DNA of 64,000 nt from Macrostomum lignano. Its lineage: Eukaryota. Positions 32,452 to 43,681 of this stretch are shown in pieces (within the stretch, counting starts at the first letter, position 1; every line of letters starts with the position of its first letter). The notes below the pieces were generated by a model. That model ran no database searches. It was not told where the DNA came from and saw only the letters and a program-made list of their open reading frames with translations. A program made the position numbers and the translations under genes. The DNA lies in contig NIVC01000975.1 of the NCBI GenBank assembly GCA_002269645.1, positions 248,001-312,000 on the forward strand. The letters run 5' to 3'.

Positions 32452-33630
32452 CACTACTGACCAATCACTCCCCTCAGTGTACACCCCACTGACCAATCAC
32501 TCCCCTCAGTGTACACCCGCTACTGACCAATCACTCCCCTCAGTGTACACCCCACTGACCAATCACTCCCCTCAGTGTACACCCCACTGACCAATCACTC
32601 CCCTCAGTGTACACCCGCTACTGACCAATCACTCCCCTCAGTGTACACCCCACTGACCAATCACTCCCCTCAGTGTACACCCGCTACTGACCAATCACTC
32701 CCCTCAGTGTACACCCCACTGACCAATCACTCTCCTCAGTGTACACCCGCTACTGACCAATCACTCTCCTCAGTGTACACCCCACTGACCAATCACTCTC
32801 CTCAGTGTACACCCCACTGACCAATCACTCTCCTCAGTGTACACCCCCACTGACCAATCACTCCCCTCAGTGTACACCCCCACTGACCAATCACTCCCCT
32901 CAGTGTACACCCCCACTGACCAATCACTCCCCTCAGTGTACACCCCCACTGACCAATCACTCCCCTCAGTGTACACCCCACTGACCAATCACTCCCCTCA
33001 GTGTACACCCCACTGACCAATCACTCCCCTCAGTGTACACCCCACTGACCAATCACTCCCCTCAGTGTACACCCGCTACTGACCAATCACTCCCCTCAGT
33101 GTACACCCGCTACTGACCAATCACTCTCCTCAGTGTACACCCTCACTGACCAATCACTCTCCTCAGTGTACACCCGCTACTGACCAATCACTCTCCTCAG
33201 TGTACACCCTCACTGACCAATCACTCTCCTCAGTGTACACCCGCTACTGACCAATCACTCCCCTCAGTGTACACCCCACTGACCAATCACTCCCCTCAGT
33301 GTACACCCGCTACTGACCAATCACTCCCCTCAGTGTACACCCCCACTGACCAATCACTCCCCTCAGTGTACACCCCACTGACCAATCACTCCCCTCAGTG
33401 TACACCCCACTGACCAATCACTCCCCTCAGTGTACACCCGCTACTGACCAATCACTCCCCTCAGTGTACACCCGCTACTGACCAATCACTCCCCTCAGTG
33501 TACACCCGCTACTGACCAATCACTCTCCTCAGTGTACACCCTCACTGACCAATCACTCTCCTCAGTGTACACCCGCTACTGACCAATCACTCTCCTCAGT
33601 GTACACCCTCACTGACCAATCACTCCCCCA
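32452..33630. repeat. 32-34-bp minisatellite, ~36 copies, downstream of the supervillin stop
   Basis: Unit CTGACCAATCACTCCCCTCAGTGTACACCCCA. Confidence 0.96.
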
Positions 33631-34029
33631 CTGTAGCACAATGTTAAGCACACTACTTCTGCTCTACCATTTTGTACACCGGCAAGTTTTTAAACTTGTT
33701 TTTATCGAACTTCCTGAACCAGCTGTCTTCTTCAAGTTAAAATTGATGTTTCGATTTGGAGTTCGGCGTCGCTTCTCTTCAACTATCCGATCCCATAAAG
33801 CTTTCGCAATTCATGAATTTATTATTCTGATTATTAATAATTATCGCTGCACTGTAATCGGGAATTGTAAATATAAGCTCGCTTGCATGACCCTCTGTAG
33901 CCCATACTAAGCTTGATACTTTTAATCAACAAAAAAGTCTCCGAAGTTCACTTTGTTTATAACGTTTATTTTTTCATACATTTGTCCGCTAAGGTAACGG
34001 AGTATGGGATACAAATTGTGTCTAAGAGA

Positions 34030-34962
34030 CACGAGAGATTATAGGGGGTGAGATAGAGGGTGGGAAGAGATTATATGAGGTGAGATAGAGGGTGGGAAGA
34101 GATTATATGAGGTGAGATAGAGGGTGGGAAGAGATTATATGAGGTGAGATAGAAGATGGGAAGAGATTATATGAGTTGGGATAGAGGGTGGGAAGAGATT
34201 ATAGGTGATGAGATAGAGGGTGGGAAGAGATTATATGAGGTGGGATAGAGGGTGGGAAGAGATTATAGGGGATGAGATAGAGGGTGGAAAGAGATTAGAG
34301 GGGGGATAGAGGGTGGGAAGAGATTAGAGGGGGATAGAGGGTGGGAAGAGATTAGAGGGGGGATAGAGGGTGGGAAGAGATTAGAGGGGGATAGAGGGTG
34401 GGAAGAGATTAGAGGGGATAGAGGGTGGGAAGAGATTAGAGGGGGATAGAGGGTGGGAAGAGATTAGAGGGGGGATAGAGGGTGGGAAGAGATTAGAGGG
34501 GGATAGAGGGTGGGAAGAAATTATAGGGGATGAGATAGAGGGTGGGAAGAGATTAGAGGGGGATAGAGGGTGGGAAGAGATTAGAGAGGATAGAGGGTGG
34601 GAATAGATTAGAGAGGATAGAGGGTGGGAAGAGATTAGAGAGGATAGAGGGTGGGAAGAGATTAGAGGGGATAGAGGGTGGGAAGAGATTAGAGGGGGAT
34701 AGAGGGTGGGAAGAGATTAGAGGGGGATAGAGGGTGGGAAGAGATTAGAGGGGGATAGAGGGTGGGAAGAGATTAGAGGGGGATAGAGGGTGGGAAGAGA
34801 TTAGAGAGGATAGAGGGTGGGAAGAGATTAGAGAGGATAGAGGGTGGGAAGAGATTAGAGGGGGATAGAGGGTGGGAAGAGATTAGAGGGGGATAGAGGG
34901 TGGGAAGAGATTAGAGGGAGATAGAGGGTGGGAAGAGATTAGAGGGGGGGATAGAGGGTGGG
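34030..34962. repeat. ~28-30-bp purine-rich (plus strand) minisatellite
   Basis: Unit GAGATTAGAGGGGGATAGAGGGTGGGAA. Confidence 0.96.
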
Positions 34963-35083
34963 TTTACAACAAACAATCGTCAGAGAATTCGGTAACAAGA
35001 TCTGGTTAAACAGTGTTTATCAGTGCAAGGAGCATTAAAAATAAGCAGTCAGATTTGATTACAACCGTCAGGCCCCTCCCTGC

Positions 35084-38000
35084 TCAGCTGACATAGGACT
35101 CATCCTGTGATGGCACCAGCTTCACCTTGGGCACCTTGGTGATAGCGATATTGGAATAATATCTAGCCAGAGTGTGAAAACAGAAGAAGTTAAGGCACTG
35201 CATAGTGGCGCAGATTAGGCTAAAGTACACCAAATCCGATGAAAGATCCACGTCTGTCGTGGGCAGGCCGGCATTCTCCAGCTGATTGGCCATGTGCCTG
35301 GTGTTGTATTCCACATTTTTTATGGCGATGAGGAGTCTGTGGAACAGAACGATCACCAGAGCCTGAGGAGGGGTTGAGATTTTAGTAATGAAATATTGCT
35401 CTTTCCAAATATCAAAAATGAGATAAACACCTGTGGGAATCTCTCCCGTGTGAGTCACTTCTGTGTGAGTCACTCCTGTGTGACTAACTCCTATGGGAGT
35501 CACTCTCACTCCTGTGTGTGAGTCCCTCCTGTGTGAGTCACTCTCACTCCTGTGTGTGAGTCCCTCCTGTGTGAGTCACTCCTGTGTGAGTCACTCCTGT
35601 GTGAGTCACTCCTATGAGAGGAATTCTTGTGTGAGTCATTCCTATGGGAGTCACTCCTGTGTAAGTCACTCCTGTGGGGAATCACTCCTGTGTGAGTCAC
35701 TCCTATGGGGAATCACTCCTGTGTTAGCCACTCCTATGGAAATCATTCCTGTGTGAGTCATTCCTATGGGGAATCACTCCTGTGTTAGCCACTCCTATGG
35801 AAATCATTCCTGTGTGAGTCATTCCTATGGGAGTCACTCTTGTGTTAGCCACTCCTATGGAAATCATTCCTGTGTGAGTCATTCCTATGGGGAATCACTC
35901 CTGTGTTAGCCACTCCTATGGAAATCATTCCTGTGTGAGTCATTCCTATGGGAGTCACTCTTGTGTTAGCCACTCCTATGGAAATCATTCCTGTGTGAGT
36001 CATTCCTATGGGGAATCACTCCTGTGTTAGCCACTCCTATGGAAATCATTCCTGTGTGAGTCACTCCTGTGGGGAATCACTCCTGTGTGAGTCACTCCTA
36101 TGGAAATCATTCCTGTGTGAGTCACTCCTGTGGGGAATCACTCCTGTGTGAGTCACTCCTGTGGGGAATCACTCCTGTGTGAGTCACTCCTGTGGGGAAT
36201 CATTCCTGTGTGAGTCACTCCCGCAGGATAAACCCCACTCAAAGACCCACTCCAACCTGCATCACCAGCACCAGCTTGGAGAAGAAGCAGACCCGCTGCA
36301 GAGCGGCCACGCCCTCCAGACCGATGGTGATGCGAGCCCGCATCTGCTCCGGCGACAGGCGCCGGTCTCTTTCGTCGGCAAAGTCGTCGATTCGTTTGAA
36401 CAGAACCTCAGTTGCTGCGATGTACAGCTGGGCTATGGAGGCGACCACGTAGACGATGCAGCTGTAATAGACGCTGGACCAGGCATCTCTCAGCGCGTTG
36501 AATTCTTGAAAACAGTGCGGCACCATGCCGGTGTCGATGCGGGGGCCTTTATGCAGGTAGAAGCCCGGGTCATCGGCTGCAACGTGAAAGATTGGACATC
36601 AATACTTCCGTGCGCTCAAAATGACAATGACTTCTTGCCCCCTCTCTAGCTGCGGATCAGCTGATTTAGATGAACTAACTCAACTGATTGACTAACTGAC
36701 TAACTAATTCCCGACTCTTTTAGCCCAACTTATTAAAGTTTTACCATTGATATCTCACCGGAGTGCAGAGTCTGGCGGCCCTGCAGCAGCTCAGTCAAGA
36801 TGTACACAATATTGTTAGTCAGACTCTCCCAGCTGCGCTGTAGATTTGAATTATTGAACAGGCTGACAACAAATCCCTGATCGGCCTTGTCAGAATAGAA
36901 AGTGATTTGCGACTGTATGATGAACAGAGAGACCACTGTAGTCACGCTGTACTCAATGCTAGTAATGTTGTCCTCTTTGTCGAATTTCACAAAGTCTGCG
37001 GTGAATTTCCCGTCCAGAGGCCGGATGACGCGGAAGTAGAGAAATCCGTTGAATGTGGCCCACAGCATCATGATGAGGTTGGCCAGCATCAGCAGCAGGC
37101 ACACGCAGCCTTGGGGTTGTAGAAACAAGAAACGAAACTCGGGTCAATAATAGTGCAAATAAGTCTTCAAGGCCAGCCCGTTGCGACAGGGAAGACATTG
37201 GAAGACATTGCGTTAGGGAAACCCACAGCTCTCGTGCAAATATTTTATAACCATAAATTGTTTTAGTTTTCATAAATTGCCGCGCGCCGCCTTCAACATC
37301 GGCGTCGAGCGAGTCAACAACGCGGCACTCTATCGCCGCGCTGGCCTACCACGTCCAAGCGATCTACTGCGCCGTCGGCGACTCCAGCTCGCAGGCCATC
37401 TCATCCGCGCCGAGTCGTACTGCTCACAGCCGGTGCAGGAGGTGCTGCTGCTCACGCTGCAGGCACCCTACCGGCGAGGTCAAGCGCGAACTCGGCGTTA
37501 CGATTGTCTGCTGGCTGACGCCGGCGCCCCGGACACTGCCGGTGGCGCGGCCTTTGTTCGCGCCCAAGCCATGAAGCGCGCCCTGTGACGCTGACTTTTG
37601 TCATCCTGACAGCGAATTTTGTTGTTGTTGTTGTTTTCGTTTTCTAGGAAATAGGTCGGTTATAAATTTCCCGCATTGTAACAAATATGAGATTCTGGCT
37701 TTAACTTCGGAACTTCAGAACAGAAAATTTCACATTGTCGAAAATATTAGTCGTTGTTGCAGTTTTATGATGCTGATTTCAAATTTAAGCCTCATTTTTA
37801 TGTAGCTTCAACCCAAGTACATGATGTAGTTTAAAGCCAACAAACAGGGCATGGGGAATAGGAGTTTTTAGGGTGGGCAGATTTTTCATGGGGATTGATT
37901 TAATCTACCCAAACTTCAATAGAAGTATGGGGATCCCTATTCTGAAATTATTAACAATTCTTTACTTTAATATCTTGATTCTTGGAAGTATGTTCAGTAA

Positions 38001-38870
38001 TAGCTGACTTTGTTTGTAAAAACATGTTCAACAATTGTGAATGGATCATTTGCAGAAATAACTTGCATCGAATTCTCTTTGGAAACCGCCGCCACCATTT
38101 TGTGCTAAGCTGACATCTTTCAAGCTTGTGAAACGCACCGCACCGCATCCCCGAGTCAAGGACCTCCGATGCAGCCTCAACTAACACTCACCGATCCACG
38201 CTCCCGGGTCCATGTCCTTGACGCGTCCCTCCACCCGACGGCCGAGGGTGCCGATGACCACACCGCTGGGCGCCAGCACAATCGCGTCGATGAGGGAGCG
38301 CTGAGTCTGGAACGAATTGATCAATCGATCGTTCCACGCCCTCTCATCCGGCGTCATAATCGGAGGCCTCTCGCCTTTCGACGAGGCCGAAGCTCCGGCC
38401 GCGGCAGCTGCCGCCGCAGCCTGCGCAGCAGAACCTGACGCGCCCGTTCCTGTTGACGCCGCCGCCGTCCCTGTCGCCGCACCAGCAGCCGCTCCAGCGC
38501 CGGTTGTCAACTGTTGATCCACGTCGTCTTGTGCGGCGCCTCCGCCTCCTCCGCCTACTCCACCAGCCCCGCCGCCGCCGTTGACACCGCTGCCACCACT
38601 GGCTGAACGTCCACGAAAGGCCAGGTGGTCTTCGGCGTTGGCGGCCGCTGCTCCTCCGGCTGTGCCAGCAGCCGCTGAGAGGCCACCGCTTGTTGAGCCG
38701 CTACCGGAGCTGCCTCCGCCGCTGCCGCTGCCGTCGCCGCCTCCGCCTCCAGAAGATGAGGAATCGGCCTTGCGCAGGCCAGGAACCCTGTCCAAAGGGT
38801 CATGAGGGATGTTCGACTTGGTGAAGAACACGTACGGCAGCGGAATCTCCTGGTTGGCTGGACTGTTCAT
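35084..38870 (-). CDS. Multi-pass membrane protein (~540 aa, 4 exons) with a long Gly/Ala-rich N-terminus; possibly gustatory-receptor-like
   Basis: Phase-consistent exons: 38870-38192, 37109-36759, 36576-36257, 35362-35084, all with GT-AG junctions. Hydrophobic segments: WIGCVCLLLMLANLIMMLWATF, SVTTVVSLFIIQSQITF, SSVYYSCIVYVVASIAQLYIAA, FFSKLVLVMQALVIVLF, LVYFSLICATMQCLNFFCF. The gene model is solid; the family call is weak. Confidence 0.75.
35445..36222. repeat. 17-20-bp composite minisatellite in intron 3 of the membrane-protein gene
   Basis: Units GAGTCACTCCTGTGTGT / GAATCACTCCTGTGT / GTCATTCCTATGG. Confidence 0.93.
37279..37635 (+). mobile_element. 3' fragment of a non-LTR retrotransposon (RTE-like) with a (GTT)n tail
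   Basis: Translation VNNAALYRRAGLPRPSDLLRRRRLQLAGHLIR matches the post-RT motif of RTE-type LINEs (…RRRRLxWxGHxxR). It is a GC-rich island in an AT-rich intron and ends in GTTGTTGTTGTTG. Confidence 0.75.
37771..37923 (+). repeat. Interspersed repeat, copy 2 (homologous to 7943-8093)
   Basis: Collinear shared motifs, as listed for copy 1. Confidence 0.8.
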
Positions 38871-39169
38871 GAGTTTCTATGTAGAGGTAATTTAATTAAA
38901 CTTGCATATGTTCAAGAAGAGCCAGTTTTGTTAACGGGTAAATTTTGCGCTCTACTTTTACTTAGAGTCAGAAATGACTCGTAGAATGACGAAGTTGTCT
39001 ATGGCTCAGAGCGACCTCATCATTTTATTGATTAATTACTTAAATTACACGTGTCATGTCTAACTGGAACTCTGCGAGTTAGGAAGGATTTATTCAGAAA
39101 CATTACACTGCACAATGTGCACATACTAAACAATCGTAGTCACTAGACTGGATGGTTGAGTGACGGCTA

Positions 39170-39650
39170 AAAGGGTGGGGTTTTCGATTTTTCAGTCGGA
39201 TACTCACTACGCCTCGCTTTCCAACTCTACTAGCCGCAATTTTGGGGTGAGGGCCGTGAGGGGGTTATCGATTTTTTAGTCGGACCCTCACCGCGCCTCG
39301 CCTTCAACCCAACCAGCCCCAATTTTGGGGTGAGGGGTCATCGATTTTTCAGTCGGACCCTCACCGCGACCCGCCTTCCAACCCAACCAGCCCCAATTTT
39401 GGGGTGAGGGTGAGGGGTCATCGATTTTTCAGTCGGACACTCACTACGCCTCGCTTTCCAACTCCACTAGCCGCAATTTTGGGGTGAGGGCCGTGAGGGG
39501 GGTTTCGATTTTTCAGTCGGACCCTCACTGCGACCCGCCTTCCAACCCAACCAGCCCCAATTTTGGGGTGAGGGGTAAGGAGTTATCGATTTTTCAGTCG
39601 GGCCCTCACCGGCGCCTCGCTTTCCCAAGCCCACTAGCCGCAATTTTTTG
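39170..39650. repeat. ~72-86-bp tandem repeat, ~6 copies, between two divergent genes
   Basis: TCGATTTTT(C/T)AGTCGG...CTCAC...CAATTTTGGGGTGAGGG recurs, with two alternating unit variants. Confidence 0.88.
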
Positions 39651-40275
39651 CAATTTTGTCGTGGAGCGATTTTCTACTTATCAGCTCCATCCAGCCGGTG
39701 GCTTCAGCCACTGATGCTCTTTATTGATGTATGGATTGTCTGTTACGAGTATTTGTGGCGACACTTCACTTCTGGCTAAAAAAATTGTCTTCATCATAAA
39801 GTGCCTAACCGCCTGTTTTTGACAGCAATAATTTTTTAACTCCTAAAAACAGTACAGAATACGTAATTAATCACCCATATTCGTACATTGAACAGCTATG
39901 CGTGCTGCCTCATGGATTTTTTGCGCCAATACAATACCAACCACCCACACCAGCAGAAGCATCGAATTCCCTACAGACCAGACTTGAAAGGGCTGGAATT
40001 GCACAGCACTCTATCTATAGCTTTTCTCTCTCTCTCTAGTTCCGCTTCCCCTCTTCTGTAACCTCTTAACTTCCCTGCCTGACCAGCCAGAGCGAGCCAG
40101 CTGCTATTTAACGAATTCCAGCCCCCCCCCCCTGGACGCACGCGAACATTCGAGCGTTTTTTTCATAGGCTTCCCTTATCGAAGTGGAATCTAATCCTAT
40201 ACAGTATTCAATAAGGAACATTTACAGGATCTTCAGATAGTTTAGCGCAGTGCAGCGAACGCAAACTATTCAAAA

Positions 40276-41001
40276 ATGTTCAAGGACAAGCCGCTGCCAC
40301 CGCCGCCGCCGCCTCCGCCGCTTCGTGTGAAATGCGTCGCTTTCGGAGACGTCGATTCCTGCAAGGCGTCGCTGTTAATCAGCCTGAGAGACGGTCCAAG
40401 CATCGCTGCCGCCGAGTCTGCGGAATCCACCGCCTCGCCAGTCTGCTGCGACGATTTTGTCATCCCGGTGCCGCCGCTGGCTCCCAGAGAGACCGACGGG
40501 TTGTTGAGTGTCGACGGGCCACCAGTGGAGATCCACCTGGTCGACACCAGCGGCCAGGAGAATCACGACCGCATCCGAGCGGGCTCGTACAGCGGGGCCG
40601 ACGCTCTGTGGCTCTGCTTCTCCGTGATGCGACCGGACAGCCTGCACCGGCTTGAGACCGTCTGGATGCCGGAGCTCCTGAATGCGTCGCGCGAACTCGG
40701 CGCCCCGCTGGTGCTGGTGGGCACCATGTCCGACCAGCGCACCAACCCGGACGCCCTGCTGAAGCTGCGGCGCCGGGGTGAACACCGACGCCCATTGGAC
40801 TCGGCCAGAGGCGCCGAGATTGCCGAGCGAGTGGGCGCGGTCGCCTACGTGGAGACGTCGGCGAGGACAGGGCGCGGACTGCGGCACCTGCTGAGGGTCA
40901 CCGCGGCTGCGGCACTGCGGCAGCCACCGCCACCGCCAACGCCCTCATCTAGAACCGGCGGCGGAGGAACGGATACAAGCAGCGGATGTCAGGCGCTGTG
41001 A
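40276..41001 (+). CDS. Atypical Rho-family small GTPase (241 aa), intronless, N-terminal polyproline, C-terminal CAAX
   Basis: VKCVAFGD, VEIHLVDTSGQENHDRIRAGSYSGAD (cf. LWDTAGQEDYDRLRPLSY), CFSV, WMPEL, PLVLVGT, YVETSA, and C-terminal CQAL. Confidence 0.88.
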   Translation: MFKDKPLPPPPPPPPLRVKCVAFGDVDSCKASLLISLRDGPSIAAAESAESTASPVCCDDFVIPVPPLAPRETDGLLSVDGPPVEIHLVDTSGQENHDRIRAGSYSGADALWLCFSVMRPDSLHRLETVWMPELLNASRELGAPLVLVGTMSDQRTNPDALLKLRRRGEHRRPLDSARGAEIAERVGAVAYVETSARTGRGLRHLLRVTAAAALRQPPPPPTPSSRTGGGGTDTSSGCQAL

Positions 41002-41462
41002 TGATGCAGTCGGGACCAAGAACACAGGCAGTAAGAGCTAGTAGCTAGCTAGGGACATGTGCCGGTGCATTTCAAGAAGCACCAGCATCGCTTGCAGACA
41101 TTTTCGTACATTTTATAAAGTACACGGGCCGGGTTAGATAAGGAATGAATGATCGAAATGCTTTATAAAGTTGTCAATCTCACCGACACAAATATTTCAT
41201 TGCCGTCAAATGCTCATCTACCAGCCAATCTCATGTCATCCATCCAGTCCTTTAAAATTTCTGCAATTTATTTGAAAGCTCAATGTTGCTTTTATAAAAG
41301 GGATCCCGAAGCGGTGAATTGGTAATTTCTCAATTCATCGTTTTGAATTTCCCATGGCTCGTATGCTAGTCGGATTTAAAATTCAACTCTTTAATATATC
41401 AAAATAATAATGGGTGCCGGACACCAGCAAAGTACAGAGTTCTAATTTTTGCATAATGCATG

Positions 41463-41852
41463 CAGTGGCGTACGTAGGAATTTTAATTGGAGGGGCCGCA
41501 ACCCTGGGGGCGCCAATATGTGGTCTCTTGGTGGGCGCCCCTTTTGTCTCTTGGTGGGTGCCCCCTTGTCTCTTGGTGGGTGCCCCCTTGTCTCTTGGTG
41601 GGTGCCCCCTGTCTCTTAGTGTGTGCCCCCCCTATCTCTTGGTGGGTGCCCCCTGTCTCTTGGTGGGTGCCCCCTGTCTCTTAGTGGGTGCCCCTTTGTC
41701 TCTTGGTGGGTGCTCCCTGTCCCGTTGGTGGGCGTCCCTGTCCCCGTCTGGACGATGCCGCGGGCAAGAGCTGAGCTCCCGTCATTCATCGACATGGCCA
41801 CACAGCACACTTGTTTCCATAAGTTTTTGGTTGTTCCACATGCACGCCACAG
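41463..41852. mobile_element. Possible MITE-like element with an internal ~21-bp repeat (TGTCTCTTGGTGGGTGCCCCC)
   Basis: Left end CAGTGGCGTACG; degenerate inverted end TGCACGCCACAG near 41841-41852; array at ~41520-41720. No TSD confirmed. Confidence 0.45.
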
Positions 41853-42649
41853 TAGAATGCAAATTGCCTCAAATGGGGTTTTAACACACTCGCTGATAGT
41901 CTGGGGACTGCCTTTGAAAATGTCAATCATATAGTCTGCAGTTACCTGGATGGACATAAATCTCATAATTATCAATTTAACGCTTTAATTATTTAACTAT
42001 CTTTGTTTATTTTCAATTCACATTCTGCTTGCCAGTGCGCCCGTTAAATGCTTCTGAATATAGTGAGCCGAATACCTGTACAGTTGACATTATTGATTGC
42101 AAAATAATCAATAAATCAAAGACAAATCCACAACAGTTGCCTAGCTTAAAGATGTTATTATTAAAACAAAAACAACAAAGTATCATTAATTTTATTGTTA
42201 TTGCCAATTTGTGACTTTTAATTTGTTCCGAACCGAACTGTAACTATAAATATGCAATAAAGCTTTATAAAAAGCAGACAATTTACCGAACTAAATTACC
42301 AAAATTTACTATAGATTTGATTTAATAATAAAACTAACCACTAACAGAGAACCACTTTACGGTACATCAGATTACTAACAGTAGTCAATTGCGTATTACT
42401 CGTAGACACTGAATCAGAGAGGAACAATGGTTAAATATTATAATAGTTAAAGAAAACAAAAGCAAGAGACACAGGTATAGTAAATATATTATTACGGCTA
42501 ATTTGGCAATGACTATGCATAAAGAATAATTTATTACTGCTGTACTTTATCCGTTCTAATGTGTTGTAAGAAAAGAATTTAGAATTTAATTTAGATAAAA
42601 ATGGTCCTGTTAATATAATTCTAAAACTATGCATGGATACACAATGGGA

Positions 42650-43430
42650 TCTGGGGATTTCTATTCCTGTAAATTGGGGATTTCTATTCCTGTAAACTGG
42701 GCATTTCTATTCCTGTAAACTGGGCATTTCTATTCCTGTGAATTGGGGATTTCTATTCCTGTAAACTGGGCATTTCTATTCCTGTAAACTGGGCATTTCT
42801 ATTCCTGTAAACTGGGCATTTCTATTCCTGTGAATTGGGGATTTCTATTCCTGTGAATTGGGGATTTCTATTCCTGTAAACTGGGGATTTCTATTCCTGT
42901 AAATTGGGGATTTCTATTCCTGTGAATTGGGGATTTCTATTCCTGTGAATTGGGGATTTCTATTCCTGTGAATTGGGGATTTCTATTCCTGTGAATTGGG
43001 GATTTCTATTCCTGTGAATTGGGGATTTCTATTCCTGTGAACTGGGGATTTCTATTCCTGTGAATTGCGGATTTCTATTCCTGTGAACTGGGGATTTCTA
43101 TTCCTGTGAATTGGGGATTTCTATTCCTGTGAATTGCGGATTTCTATTCCTGTGAATTGGGGATTTCTATTCCTGTGAACTGTGGATTTCTATTCCTGTG
43201 AATTGGGGATTTCTATTCCTGTGAATTGGGGATTTCTATTCCTGTGAATTGGGGATTTCTATTCCTGTGAATTGCGGATTTCTATTCCTGTGAATTGGGG
43301 ATTTCTATTCCTGTGAACTGGGGATTTCTATTCCTGTGAATTGCGGATTTCTATTCCTGTGAATTGCGGATTTCTATTCCTGTGAATTGGGGATTTCTAT
43401 TCCTGTGAACTGGGGATTTCTATTTATGGG
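42650..43430. repeat. 23-bp minisatellite, ~34 copies, downstream of the DDOST stop
   Basis: Unit GGGGATTTCTATTCCTGTGAATT. Confidence 0.96.
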
Positions 43431-43681
43431 AAATAGGGGATTCCTATTTAAGGGGATTTTTAGATATTTCTCTAAACTGGGGATTTCTATTTCTTTAAAT
43501 TAGGGATTTTTATTTAAGGGAAATTAGGGATTTCTATTTATGGGAAATTAGGGAGTTCTCAGGAATGTCAGGAATGTGGGGATTCGCACAGATTAACAAG
43601 GGCCCCAAAAATTAGTGAAACAAAATTCTCAACTATACGATAACCAGTGTATAAACTATCGAAAACTGTGCAGCCAGTCGG

